From positions 2,664,864 through 2,728,863 of the forward strand of contig NW_019091360.1 in NCBI RefSeq assembly GCF_001949145.1: DNA of 64,000 bases, in the 5' to 3' direction. Positions 47,881 to 61,212 of the stretch are shown here, piece after piece. Below the pieces are notes generated by a model, which had not been told where the DNA came from, ran no database searches, and saw only the letters and a program-made list of their open reading frames with translations. A program made the translations under genes and the position numbers. Position 1 is the stretch's first letter. Each line of letters starts with the position of its first letter. The DNA comes from Acanthaster planci. Its lineage: Eukaryota.

Positions 47881-50800
47881 CTTATGTCCTTAAATTTGTT
47901 GTAATTACCCGTGTGGTAACCTTGTTTTAACTTGTTCTATCAAAATAACAAAACATCAGCGTACTATTGCGTTTTGAGCATTAAGGTGTGTGTTTTAGTT
48001 CTTTTTTCTTATTATGCAAAGGAGATATAATGTAAATTGAAACAGCATGTTCTGCGATTTGAAAAGTATGACTGATGCCGATTCCACATAAGGAATTGAA
48101 AATGCTGTAGATGGAAACATCGTTGATCACATCGAACAGTTATCTCATTTTGGGAGCACAACCAAGACCTTTATACCGTAATTCGCACAATGAATGAATT
48201 CCAGTCCTTTTTCAAATGACTGAGACGCCACAAGCAAACTTTAATTTCTATTTTTGGTGTGTATCAATTTGAGTGTTTTCCAAACGTGCAGTGCCGTTGA
48301 AACATTTACCGACGCGTTTGCACAGGTTCGCAACCACGCATCCGGACAAAACTGACGAGAAAAAGTAGGCCTCCTTTGATGAATATAAAGGTAGCCTGGA
48401 TTTTTTATCCGGATAAAGACAAGGTCGGATTTCAAGACACGTATCTCCGTCTTGATCACGGCCTGCACAGAAATGCCTTCTGCTTGACATCGATTGTGTT
48501 TGGATTGCCCGTTGCCGTGGAAACTTGGCGTAATTTATTGGCTGAACGGGCACCATAAAAGGTACAACAAACAACTTGTGGATTGATGGAAGTACGTGCC
48601 TCGCAATTTCAACGATTTTTCCCCTTAGAATCCAAGGAGGGGCTGCAAGTTTCGGATATAATTTAATACGAAAATGATTAGTGGATTTTGATGAGTTAAC
48701 AAATAGCAACACTAAGGACATGTCGACCAGACTTTATCTGTTGTGATAAATAATGATTTGATTCTGTAAATCCATACAAAATTGACTCGGTCTAATGGGC
48801 AGTCACAAAGTATAGAAGATGAACCAATAGATGTGTACAGTACAAGCAGACATCGGGAGTTAAGCGTACATGTAAATGATAAAATGTGCAGTTATTGGAA
48901 TAGGTTAATCAGGTAAGAGATGGAATGCTCGAAAACATTAATTCTCGTCTGTCACCAAATGAAACTGGTCTGTGCATTGCATGAACGTGGCACTACCATT
49001 ATCTGTGTTTTCTATACAACTTTTTAGTGACTCCCAAATAAATCGAGGAATGTGTCTACATGAAGAAAACCTTTGCATTGGGCCGGTGAGGCTTATGTCT
49101 ATTCAGACATGCCCGCCCGTGTCTTGTCTAGTGTTTGTCCTTGCTTGGTACATGGCGCAGCTGTGCAGGGTTCTCTGAATTCGCATTAAAATTAATCTTT
49201 ATAATTATGAATCTTTATGTGTATGCAAAAAGTGTACTCAACGTGTGACCTTTTGCATGAGCCAGAATTCAGTAGGCAAAGCAGCGAGTCCCATTCTTCC
49301 ACGGTGAACATGGTCCAGAGTAATCTTAGAGTAAAATTTATATAGGGTCTAGTCTGTTTCTACGTCACAAACGTATTTTGATTACCAGTGGGGGTAAAAC
49401 TCTGGCGGGCCATTTCTAAGAAAGCAAAATGGTAATCCACTTATTGTTGAAAAATATTACAAGGCCACATATCAAAGCATCAGATGAATAAAGAATACTA
49501 CCAAGATGCAGCCCTCTTCAAATGTAACTGGGCAAAATGATGTACAGTTTGAGGTAGAATGCGACACTAAAGGTGATATTTCTGCAAACTTGGACCTCCT
49601 GATGGGCAATGGTGAGAGAGGTCGATACGTCGTTCGCGGACCGTGAACTGTTTGAATTTGCTTGTGGAGAGTCAACGCCAGACCACAAACAGCGTTTCAA
49701 ATTATTCATTGCATGCAAATGTTATATCGCCTCTTTGATGAAAATATTGACATTCCTGTAAGCGTATATTGAGTGTCTCGCAAAGGGGAAACCTCTGGGA
49801 AATCGATGTGCACGAAATTGACAAGGTGCAGTGACTTGTTCTGAATGCACAGGTAAAAAACTGAACGGCCGTTACGTATAGGCAAAGCTTTCCAACATAA
49901 ACGGCCAGGTGAATTTCTGCTATAATCACATTCTTATTGATTTTATAAATCACTTCGTTCCATAGCAAAGCATAAATGCAGGTGTTCTGAACAACTCAAA
50001 TAGGCTCATTAAAAACATTAACATGTAGACTGTGAGGATAGCAGTCCTCATGCAGGAAGAAATTTCTCATTTTTGACACAGAGTTATAAGATTTGCCACC
50101 AAGGTTTCGCGCTCGAAATTTCATCTTCGAGAAGATGAGAAAACGCATCAGGTTATTACGTAGCTACGGGAAAGGTTACTTTCAACACAACTTTGTCCGG
50201 TCGCAAATTAAAACGACGTATGATAATGACACATCGAGTTTTAACGCGACTTGTTTGTGGGATCAGATCTGTGCAACGCTGTAAAAGCAAATCGCAACAT
50301 CGATTATTATTAAGGTACATTGTAGGTACATGTACATTAGGGTTCTATAGTGTTGCAGCGTAAATTCAAATCTGAGTTCATAGACCCGTACCTACTTCGA
50401 CAACAAATATAACTACCCATTTTCCTTCTAAACATCTTTTTCTTAGGTCTACATTATTTTGACGAGAACTGGCTGGGCATACTCGCGCGTGGCGCGTACT
50501 GTGAGGTGGCGAACCGTTCAGCCGGTACTTTTGCCGTTTCGGAATTAACAGTGATCTCCAAGACTGGATAGGAAACGGCGCCCTCCATCTTCAAAGTGTA
50601 CACACACACACGTTTCATCGGTGAGGGTTTGAAACTTTGAAATGCAGTCGTCATACCAGACTGGCGCGCGCACGTCACATTATGCTTCGCACGGGGAAAT
50701 TAGTCTCGCTGAGGAATTTGTGGCTGCAATTCTTATCCCTATTTTTAAAGGAAAACTGTTGAAAATAGTTTGGACTTGCGCAGCCGTTGGATGTCCGCTT

Positions 50801-50924
50801 TCAAGGAGATCAACAGGGAATTAAGATAAAAGGTTGGATCTACTGTAAGTGTATCTCTATGTATTTTGGGCGCAGACCAAGCTCTACACAACAGAAGCCG
50901 TAGTTTCGGCCCCAAGACATTATC

Positions 50925-51400
50925 CGCCCTGAGTTGAAGTGCACCCTCACCGGCGAAAGAATGACAGGCTGTTACGAAGTTTTCCTACTAGTTTCTTGCA
51001 CGCGTTATTCGTGCACGCGAAGGCCATCTGGTTCGTAAGGTACTTCGTCACAAAGGCGGACGCGCCACGATTTGCAGGCTCTAATTGGACAATCGCTGAA
51101 TTTGCGCGCTAACTTCCGGTTCCAGGGTTCCGGTTATCCTGGAATTCCATGTAAACGGCGATCAATGCATGTAACCCTATGTGCAGTGCAGTGGGCGTGG
51201 TTTGAACTGAATTGACGTCACACTTACGAACAGGATAAGAATATAATATCAAATCAGTGCTCTGAAATATGTTAAAAAATATACATTAAACATATTACAT
51301 AAACATAATGCATTAAAATATACATTAAAAATATATTCGTTGCGCGTACTCAGCGTGTTCTGCGTCAAACGCGCATAAACTTGCGCGTGTATGTGGTTAG
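50925..51400 (+). repeat. Composite dispersed repeat: segments homologous to 30811-30975, interrupted by a copy of the 47705-47880 repeat
   Basis: gagttgaagtgcaccc…cggcgaaa…acagg…gttac…ttcttgcacgcgtt and gcgtcaaacgcgc…ttgcgcg are shared with 30815-30965. Confidence 0.7.
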
Positions 51401-51404
51401 TTCG

Positions 51405-52285
51405 TACCATTGATCTCCAACTGGATTGGACATCGTGCATTGTTTGTGCACAAAATCGCGGCCGAACAATGGCGGCGGCTTCAGGAGGGTGGTGTGATGC
51501 TGTATGCTGTGCATTTCTGGTCAACATGACCTTTTTCTCATAGGATGATGGCTAAGTTGTTAAATGTAAATCTTTAAGTCATGTTGTGAATTCAACTTTT
51601 TAAGTTGATTAATAAGTGTCTGTTTGAAAACGGCAGGAAGTTAGTTTGGTCGCTCATTTCAAGCTGCGCTCACTTTGTTCTCACAGAAAAGATTCTCACA
51701 TTTTCGTATCCGCATGTCGGTTTTCAATACAATTTACTCAATATATGAATGAATTTTATTTAGTAAAATTTTTCCTGAGAGTGTGAAAAATTACAATCAT
51801 TTTATTGATGATTATTTCAGTGTTGGCTCATCGAAACCAGACGGAAAAATAAATGGAGAGTTAGGATATCATATTTACTGACAAAACCTATTGCATGTCC
51901 TGGCGGAATTCTCAAAGTTTTACACACTGAACAAATCACAATTGAACCGACCCAATGTGAAAATATTGCTAAAGTGAGACCGTAGACAATAGATGTAAAA
52001 AAGGAATTAAAAACAAACACACACTAAAACAGGTTAACATTGTCGCTTTCGAGTGGGTTAATTAATTATAAGAAAATGGTCAGTTATTTCCTGAAATGGT
52101 ATTCTTGCATTTTCTGTTTATTTTTTGGCTTGATTTTGGGAGGGAGGCCGAGGGCTTAGCCATTATCCCATGAGAAAAAGGTTATGTTGACCAGAAATGC
52201 ACAGTATACAGCATCACATTTTTTTATCCTCCTGAAGCGCCGCCATTGTTCGGCCCTGCATTTTGTGATGAGATCGATGGTGAGT
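51405..52285. mobile_element. MITE with long (~100-150 bp) terminal inverted repeats directly upstream of SMPD2
   Basis: ggccgaacaatggcggc…cttcaggagg…tgtgatgctgtatgctgtgcatttctggtcaacatgacctttttctcat…atggctaag (51460-51557) is the reverse complement of 52156-52256; also visible as twin ORFs starting MLTRNAQ on opposite strands. Confidence 0.8.
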
Positions 52286-52957
52286 ACCCAAAACGCGCCC
52301 TCTTTTGTTCGGCTCGGAGAGGATACCGGTCACGTGATGGGCGCTCGATTAATAGGAATCATTAAAGTGCATAGGGCGTTTATGAATAATTGTTTAATAT
52401 TTCTTTAGGTGTGAGTTGTGATAGGCGACACTTGCTAAATGAATTTAGATTAAGTTGTACTCTTTTCAAAGCTATTTCAAAAATATTTGCTTGAAAATGG
52501 TCACGCCCCGTACTACAAAGTACAAGATACAAGATGTAGAGCCTACCATACTGTTTCTAAAACACCCGGTTACAGTTAACTTACATTAGGCAATAAGAAT
52601 CTTACACGAGCCTTATTAAGATCCCATTTGATGCTGTAATACCACCAACAAATTCTCTGTTAATGTGAATTTTTTTTACGATTCTATAACGAACTTTTAC
52701 GTTGTCTTCATCTTCTCATATACGCACAGTATCGAAGGGCACTCTTTGATACAGAAAAAAAACTAAGTTTTGACTATCGGGGGCGCACTTCTTCATGACA
52801 GACTCGTACACGTGTGTGCCCCACGCAGTGCATGCTGTATGTGGACAGTGCTAGTGCAGTGCAAATTGCTTTGTGTTTTGTAGAAATCGAGGTTGGAAGT
52901 TCAGTTTGGGGTAATCACAGGTTTTTTTCTGGGTGGAAAGACATCAGAATCGCTAAG

Positions 52958-55900
52958 ATGGCCAGACCATGGAAGGAGGAAAAGAGGCAGATCCGTGTTG
53001 TGACGTTGAATTGCTGGTAAGATCATGAACTCGTTGAAGTGGTCGGTCTGAGCTGCGCGATCTGTGTGATTTTGCATACGAATTCAACGTTGTATGGTCA
53101 CTTCGTTTACCTACTTGAAGTTCCAGAACTGTACATTAGTACCATTGTAATCGTCATTTGATAAGCTTTCCAATGACACAAAATTTATTGGTTGATTCCT
53201 GAAAAATGCAAAAGGTGTTAGACTCCCTACATGATGAAGGGCAGACGTGCAGTCCATCCAAGTCCACTGTTCATACATTGGGCCTGCACAGTGTGCACGT
53301 GTATGCTGGTGACTGTTTCCTGAATGTTGCACCTTCCAGCAATAGCCATGGCCAAATCAGGGTACCAGTTCATGGTCAGATACACTCGGTTGATTCCAAA
53401 ATACGTAAGAAATTATGCATGCACCTTTACTTAAATAAGCCCTACAAATAGAGACTAAGAAATATACTGCCTTTGTTTTGGAGAATGTTTCTGCCTGTCT
53501 CCCCCCCCCAAAAAAAGTGCTAAGTTCCTTATGCTCACTTCCAGGTGGAGGGTGTTAGTATTCAGGGCATTTCTAGCCGTTATTTTTCATTTCATTTCCA
53601 GACAATGCCCCCCCCCCAAAAAAAAAATGGTGAAAATTATTCTGCCTGGAATTTTTGCTGATGGTGACTGAGTTTAAAGCTCTATTGATACTGACTGCTT
53701 TTCAATAGGGGCTTGATGTATGTTAGCAGTCACCGTGAGAAACGAATTGGATGTCTTGGAGATGAGCTAGCTAAAGGATGCTATGATGTGGTTACATTAC
53801 AAGAGGTGAGATATCAAAACCCTTTGGGACATATCATTTTGCCAAAACAACAAACCTGAAAAAGAGGCAAGATATCGCAATGAACTTTCTAAATATTGAA
53901 ACACTACAAAATGACTCTCCAAAGTCATCGGAACAAACTCTGCACGATTTTTCCTCCGGCAATCTCAGATTTTGAAATGCTGTGACACCCTGCCACTGAG
54001 GGATATTTGCCTGATAGCAGGTCCTGCATGGCAGCCAAGTTCAAGTTCATTACACGATTTACTTCCAAGGACTTCTCAGACTTTTTGTGTTTGCCAGTCA
54101 GTCATCCTCTGGCAGTGACTCAGGGCAGGTGTGGTAGTTTAACCCTTTGAGCGTCTCTCTGTATGCCTCCAACACAAGCTGATTGGAAGTGCACTGTTTT
54201 CTAATTGTACAATTGAAAATTCATCGAGAATAAACTTTGTAAAGTAGTCTGGATAGTAGAAAAACATCTGTGTTGGTACGTAAAAACAGTCAGTGTGCCA
54301 TCCAAATTTTAAAACTGTGCAGTTGTTTCTTGGCCTTGTGTCGCAGGTCTCAAATGTAACACTAAAAGTATAGCACTAAACAAAAACCAACAAACAAAAT
54401 TAAGATCATAAGGAAACAAATAAATCAAGTAAATGAATCATTTCCATGAAAGTGGTGCTGATGAAATTACCAAAAGACACTTCTACATACTGTAACGGGT
54501 ATACGGGACTTGACCTGCATTGGGACTAACAAATCCCTAAAATTAACCCACCAGGATCAACCTGGAGGAATCGGTGATGCTTTCTGAGCTACCTTTTTCA
54601 CCCACAGCAGTGATGATGTCGCCACACACTTGTTAAGAGGACAGGTCTTCACGTGAAAGCCCGGTAGACTTCATGGATGGGAAAGCGGGAAGGGAGGGGT
54701 AGGATGCTTGGTGCACAACGCGAGGGGAAAAGTTGGAATTGAGCAGTTGGAACAATCTGTGTCTGTCCTAAAGTCTGATCCTAAACCTTTATTCTGAGGC
54801 GGAAACCCTAAGACAGACAATTCACAAGACTGTGGAGAAATATTTCTAGAAATCTCAATAATGCTTCTGATTTATTTACATCCAAAATCATCCTTCAAGT
54901 TCAGGGGATTCTTCTTTGTCAGGTGAGGTGAATTCCGCTTGCATACGCTCCTTTGTTTATTCTAAGCCTCAGGATTATTGCTGCGACTGCGCGTGTAGCC
55001 ATTAAGACTGGTAGCCAGTCTACTGTCTGTACGTGGCCATGTTCACTACACGGCCATCAGTACAATTATTATAAACCTCAATTCTTCAGGCCTCTTCGTG
55101 TCTCTACTTGGCCCATTACTGCTTTTCGTCTGTTTCCCTATCATCATAACCCTTCTTTCTAGTTCGTCATCGTCTTCCTGCTTCTTCCTGGTGCCGGATC
55201 GCTTCTTCCCACAGGGCTGAACAGAGATGCAGGCTCACCTTTTATAGATTTTCGGCAGGGCTGAAAACTGCACGCGTATGTTGATAGGCTAAAAGTGCGC
55301 GCCGCAGGTATGCAAATGAAGTCACCCCACCGAAAGCGCTGAGTACATGAACATGCATTTGTTAACTTGTGTGTAAAATGTTAGGCACGCATATACAATG
55401 GGCAAATTCAATGACACTGAGCATGTAATACGAGTAATCTAAAAGAAACAACACATTAAATAGCACAAGAGTTAAAATGGACGGCTTCTACACATTATGA
55501 TGGAATTATTCTGTAAACAGTTGGCATTCTTGGTACATGTAAGTTTGTGCGGCTGATAATGTTTGACTTGTCCACTGAAAAATCACTGAAATTACACGTT
55601 CCACTTCGTTCCTGTCAAACACACAGCAATGATTCCTGCCAACTTGGGATGAATAAAGAAAAGTGCATTTTTGTCACAATACTTTAGAGTGATTTATGTC
55701 TTATTCTGATTTTTTTGGCCCATAGATTTGGATGGAGAAAGATTACAAACAGATATGCGACAAGGCAAAAGATGTTCTGCCCTACCATCATTATTTCCAT
55801 AGGTGAGGCAGTCACATTAGCGTATACATCAGCCATGTAAAGACTGTGAATACATACCTAAGACAGCAACCGAAAAACTCGTAAGAACTTTGCTGGATTA

Positions 55901-58862
55901 CTGGTTTCTATATTGGCACATTGAGTAAATGACTTTAACTTGGACCTGACGTCTGTGACTGTTTCAAACTCCTGAGATACTTGGACAGGAGATTTTGAAG
56001 GCTTAAACAAAAACTTCATTAACTAAACTGAAGGATTTGGTTTATTTTCCAGCGGATTTCTCGGAAGTGGCATGTGCATCCTTTCCAAGTGGCCCATAGT
56101 AGACACACTGTTTCATGGCTACTCACTGAACAGCTATGCCTATCGCATTCTGGAAGGAGACTGGTTTGGGGGCAAAGGAGTCGGACTGTGCGTGATTCAA
56201 GTGGACGATTTCACCGTCAACGTCTACACGACCCATGTGAGTCTCTGAGACTCAAAAATGTGGTCCAATCAGGGCATTGAAAGTGAACCTACAGGCGGAG
56301 GGTTCTTGTCCATGATTAGGGTGTGATGCTAGCCTTAGGCCCTGAGTGAAAAATTGATAGGGGTACCAGGGAACCTGTGTCAGAGGGTATAGTTTGGCTG
56401 TTAAAGGCTAGCTGTCAACTATTCATGCGTCATTAACTTTTAGGGCAAAATAGCACCTGTCATCTGCCCAACTGGGGGGGGGGACTTGTTGAACCCTTGA
56501 CCAACCCTCAACTTCACCCATGTTGAAAGTGAATCAAGCAACTACAATACATATCGTATTTTGTACCATATTTTGCAAGCTGGTCAACAATTATTTGCAA
56601 AAGATACTGTTATCATATTATAGCTTTGAAGTAACCATGACTGCGGGCATTATTGGATATTAAGTTAAAAATGCATGTGTGCCTTGTGTCGAAGAAAGTC
56701 TAAAAAGTCAATCAAAATAATGATTTGGAAAAGATGTAAAAAACCATAAAAGACTGTATGTCATATTTGTAAGAGTTATTGTAAAATCAATGGTTTCTAT
56801 ATGTAAAATGTAATTGTTTTCTTTTCCTCATTTAGAACACAGCGATGTACGCACCCTCCAATGTCTTTTCGGCAGATGAGCACTTTACTCATCGTCTCCT
56901 GCAAGGCTACGAGCTCAGCAAGTTTGTGCGATTTACGGGCACCAACAGTGACCTGAACGTGGTGACCGGCGACTTCAACACGGAGGATAACTCCTTGGGG
57001 TTGAAGGTCGCTAGGGTCAATGCAGACCTCCAAGATGCTTGGCTGGATCGTCCAAATCAGTGCAAGGTACGGCTGTGTTCAAATTATTCGGCTATGACTA
57101 ATGATAACACACGTCTAAATTACATGTGGTTGTCATGGGTGCAAGTTTTTTTTTTGCACATCGCATAGTTAATATCAGTGTGTTACACTCAATGCAAAGG
57201 TCATAGGTTAAATAGATTAAACTTAATCAAGAAAGCCATTTGTAGGTGGAACTTTCGGCATACATGGACATACAACCTTGGCATTGTATGTATTCACAGA
57301 AGTCTGATCAGTTTTGTCAAGTCTGTCTGCCTCGAGCAGAAGCATCCCCTCATCAGTTTAACAGAGCCGGTTGGTTGAGAGTGTTAATTTACCTGGTAGC
57401 AACGCGACCATAACGCATGCATTTCATAGTCGTTATTGCACTGGCGAAGTGCAATTCTGACCAAAGGAGCCAGTGTTGCTAGGAAAATTGTGCCCCCTCT
57501 TGGTCCAGCTCAGGGCTCATTACGATGAGTTTGAATAAAGATATATGTGGTCGGGACTTTCAGTAAATTAATTCATGAGAGGGATCTGGTCACTGGCAAT
57601 AAATTCTGTCCTTGCCTGATATGAAAAGTATGACAAGTTGTGGCTTTCAGTGTCGACCGGAGCTGGTAAAGATGTACTGTCTCCGGTCTGTTTTTAATAA
57701 CTTTCTTGATTATTTTCGTTCAGTACAATCCACAGAATCACTTCCATGGAGGTTTCTTTTGGAATTCTTTCCTCTCTCAGGATGAGCCATGCTGTACAGT
57801 AGAAGCCCCCGATAATTGCTACACGTCGACGAAGACCAGATTCTATCCTCAGCACCCGGGCATGCGTATTGACTACATCTTGTACAATGCCAAGCCGAGA
57901 TCATGTTGCGTGACCTGCCGGGACTGCAGACTGACCTTCAAGAAAATCCCAGGAACGGACATCAACTACTCGGACCATGACGGAGTCGAGGCACTCTTCG
58001 AACTTGAAAAGGGACGAGGTGAGTCCTCCTTTTTTAAAATTTTAGAGATTTTGCTGCAACTCAAAGGGTCGAGGCTATGAAGTTTCCCGAGACACACATT
58101 TGTAGCAACCTTAAACTCTTCTTTCCATGTCTGAAAACTGCTTGACATTTCTTTGGGGTTGAGAGTATTTAAAAATGCACTGTTTAAAACATTGAAAACT
58201 GTCAATGCTTTTCCAGACAACAGAGGGCGCTGTTGCCGTGACGTCATTCAGGGAAGACACAGTTCAGATTATCGGCTTTTGTGTTCCAGTTTTGAACCCC
58301 AAATTTGCTCATTCTTGCATATTGGGGGTATCCATTTCAATGCAATAGCGAATTTTCCCACTGAATGGCATCATTTGCTCATGAGCATGGAAATTTGCAT
58401 CAGCTTAAAAACAAAAAGAAAGGCTTTGAAACATTTAATTTGAATAGGTTGACAGGATGACGTTATTACCACACAGCAAATTGTTGTTTTGCCCCAACAG
58501 ATGACCAAGTTCTAGAACCTTCAGACGAGGAGGGCCGTCTTGGTGTCCTATTGGAAATGCTTCCATACCTCAGTGATTCCATCCAAAAGATCACACGGCA
58601 GCGCTTCTGCTACCTCCTGGTTTCCCTCCTATTTTTCCTCTTACTGGCATCTCTCTGGCTGAGTGGTGCATTCCACTGGCAGACCAGCGTTTACGCTCGT
58701 TGCGGGGCGCTCGTCGCGCTGTTGGCCCTTGTCGTGTTGGGGCTGGCAGCACTATGTATCGGTGTTTCCGTCAAGACGACGGAGTTGAACCAGTTGATTG
58801 GCAGGAAGAGGGAAATAACATTGAATGTGAGACGGTTAGAATCTCAGCTTAAAAACAAGTAA
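52958..58862 (+). CDS. SMPD2: Neutral sphingomyelinase (nSMase1/SMPD2-like, EEP/DNase I-fold phosphodiesterase with two C-terminal TM helices), 7 coding exons, 415 aa
   Basis: Exons 52958-53016 (…VVTLNCW), 53709-53805 (…YDVVTLQE), 55726-55802, 56053-56236 (GSGMCILSKWPI…GDWFGGKGVG…TTH), 56836-57066 (GDFN, DAW), 57781-58018 (RIDYILY, YSDH), 58501-58862 (two hydrophobic segments, stop). Sum 1248 nt, phases compatible, all GT-AG. Confidence 0.93.
54491..55678 (+). mobile_element. Probable solo LTR (outer; ~570 bp once the nested insert is removed) in SMPD2 intron
   Basis: Begins TGTAAC, ends GTCACA; 4-bp direct repeat ATAC at 54487-54490 and 55679-55682; AATAAA at 55652 just inside the right end. 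Confidence 0.45.
54917..55526 (-). mobile_element. Probable solo LTR (inner, 610 bp, antisense to SMPD2)
   Basis: TG…CA termini (TGTCA…TGGCA), 5-bp direct repeat TTCTT at 54912-54916 and 55527-55531; on the minus strand octamer ATTTGCAT (55317-55310), TATAAAA (55246-55240) and AATAAA (54961-54956) occur in LTR order. Confidence 0.6.
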
Positions 58863-60741
58863 GGAAATGGCGTTACACAAGCCACTGGGCCTATTGACGA
58901 AAGTCAGCCCTGTCTCCGACTGTAGCTCTCTTTCCTGCTCTGAAATCACATGCAGTCCATTGGACCTAATGAAAAGTCTCTGGCTTTTACCTTGATGTAC
59001 ATGGTGATGCTCTATATCAAAGCAATGACTCATTTGGCTGGACTCCACATGTACAGTGGCAGGAACTGCAAAGTTAGGAATGGCCAAAACTGGGATATAT
59101 CTTGAGTTAGTTTTAAGGAATGGGCCTTAGCGCAGTGCACTCAAGTCCTTGCTAAAATTTATCTGAACTTTGCTGACCACGTGTCTCCCTTCCACACATA
59201 CACTCACACAAATAACACCTATAATTACAGATGAACCAAAGGTAAGTCAGGTCCATTAAAGTTTCATATTTAAGAAAAACTTGTTTTGCATTGTGAAGGA
59301 TTAAGAGTCAAGCCCACTTTTTCAGTCGAGTCAAAGTTAATAATCATGTTTTTCAATTGCTTTTTCAATAAATAATTAGTATCTAATAATTGAGAATCTA
59401 CACACAATTGGTTTTTGTTTGCTTTGCTGGGGCCGAAGCACTCAGTGATACAAGGGGAAGTCAGACAAGACAAAATCCTGACGTTTTTCATCAAAATGAA
59501 ATATTTATTACTACTTTTTACAAACAAATGTATCTTTTCAAACAGGAATGACAATAACTTCAGCACAGGTTTACTACGTTTACCTGCAGAATATTGTTCA
59601 GATTTATCTTTTGTGCAAAAGTTACGAGTATGTTAAATGCAGTAGTGCATGGCACGCAATGTGCAGGTGTTTAATGCCACTTCAAACCGACGCCCCTACA
59701 AAGATGCCTTGTCAGCACAATCCACATCCAACCCAGTAGATATTTCTATGCATGCGTATGTATATTCTTCTTAAACCTGTGCATGGAATTACAGTATTTT
59801 GACGGGGCTTGATACTGAAGTAAACAGTCAAGAGAATGCAATAGTATCTTTATGGCTGCATTTTATCGGAACACATTTGAAGTGGAAAATAACTTGTTCA
59901 AAACAGGTCATTTTTGGGAATTGTGCATGTTTGAGACTGGAACAGTCATGTTTGTGAAATGAACATAACACTTCGTGCATGTCAAAAGTGGTAAAAATAT
60001 GACCTTGCATTCTATGTTATATGTGAACTATATATGCCAATCTTTTAAGACAGCATTCCTTGTACAATGTTAGTTGAGCCTTCTTAACATTTTCACATGA
60101 AGGTGAAAATGGTAGTGTGCAATAAAGCACTTGCGAGTTAAATTTGAATAAAATCTGGTACACTGTGTTATCTGATTGCACAGAAACGTAACAATTTGAA
60201 TTCCCCAGACTAAAGACACTGTTGCTATACCTCGTGCTTCGGGGAAAGCTTTTGCATTGCGACCACCATCTCTGGAATGGATTGGTTCCTTTGTGCCGTT
60301 CTTATCCATTGAGCACAGTGTATTGTTGCAAGGCGTCTCTTATGCAACTAAGCAAAAGCTTGCCCCGAATCACAAGGTATATCAACAGTCGTTATAGTAT
60401 GGAGAATTCAAGTTGTTTTACATGTGAATTTAAAGAACTTTGTGTACCACATTTTACCCAAATTTAACTCGCAAATGGCTTATTGATCAAGGGCCAAATT
60501 TTTTAACTAACTTATTTAGGCAGAATGGGCTTAATGGCTCAGGTTTACAACTGCATGCTTTTTAGAATTGCTGCAATAAAGTGACATCAACGCCAGTGCA
60601 CCAAAGTTTAATTTGTTTATAAGAGAGAATCAAATTGTTTGGGAGTTGCAAAAACCTAGCCTTTCAGTAATTGTCACAAATGTACTTATCTTCTTCTCCA
60701 TGGGTCTTAAGGGTGTTCACACCTTGATTTTTTTCATGAAC

Positions 60742-61072
60742 CCTCAAGGTGAACAACTGAATAGGTGTTCTTGCCTTGACTTTTCGATGGACCTTAAGGT
60801 GAACACCTGGATAGGTGTTCTTGCCTTGACCTTTCGATGGACCTCAAGGTGTACACCTTAATAGGTGTTCTTGCCTTGACTTTTCGATGGACTTCAAGGT
60901 GTATGCCCGAATAGGTGTTCTTGCCGGAACTTTTCTATAAATCTCAATGTGTACACCTGAATAGGTGTTCTCGCCTTGACTTTTCTATAAATCTCAATGT
61001 GTACACCTGAATAGGTGTTCTCGCCTTGACTTTTCTACAGATCTGAAGGTGTGCACCTGAATAGGCGTTCTC
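60742..61072. repeat. 50-bp minisatellite, ~7 copies, just downstream of the PSMD13 stop codon
   Basis: ataggtgttc recurs at 60761, 60811, 60861, 60911, 60961, 61011 and (ataggcgttc) 61061. Confidence 0.95.
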
Positions 61073-61212
61073 CCCCAGGCATCCTGTGTCTTGTGGGAGA
61101 GCAAGTCTCTGGTGTTTTTTTTTTTGGGGGGGGAGGTGTAACCTGCCCCAGGCTGCTGGCATACGCCTGTAATTAAAAACATTTTCGAGTGAACTGCCTG
61201 GATTCTTGGTAT

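Noticed and set aside
48248..48721. 157-aa minus-strand ORF downstream of the GPCR
   Set aside because: No recognisable motifs or splice context; consistent with a chance ORF.
54570..54830. C-box-like GTGATGA and an AAACCCTAA telomere-template-like word
   Set aside because: No suitably placed D box with terminal stem and no other telomerase-RNA features; better explained as part of the outer solo LTR.
11719..58862. CPT1 and neutral sphingomyelinase as a lipid-metabolism cluster
   Set aside because: They are separated by ~25 kb and an unrelated GPCR; adjacency alone is not evidence of a functional cluster in an animal genome.
60742..61072. Regularly spaced repeats resembling a CRISPR array
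   Set aside because: The whole 50-bp unit is repeated with no unique spacers, no cas genes, and the context is eukaryotic; it is a minisatellite.
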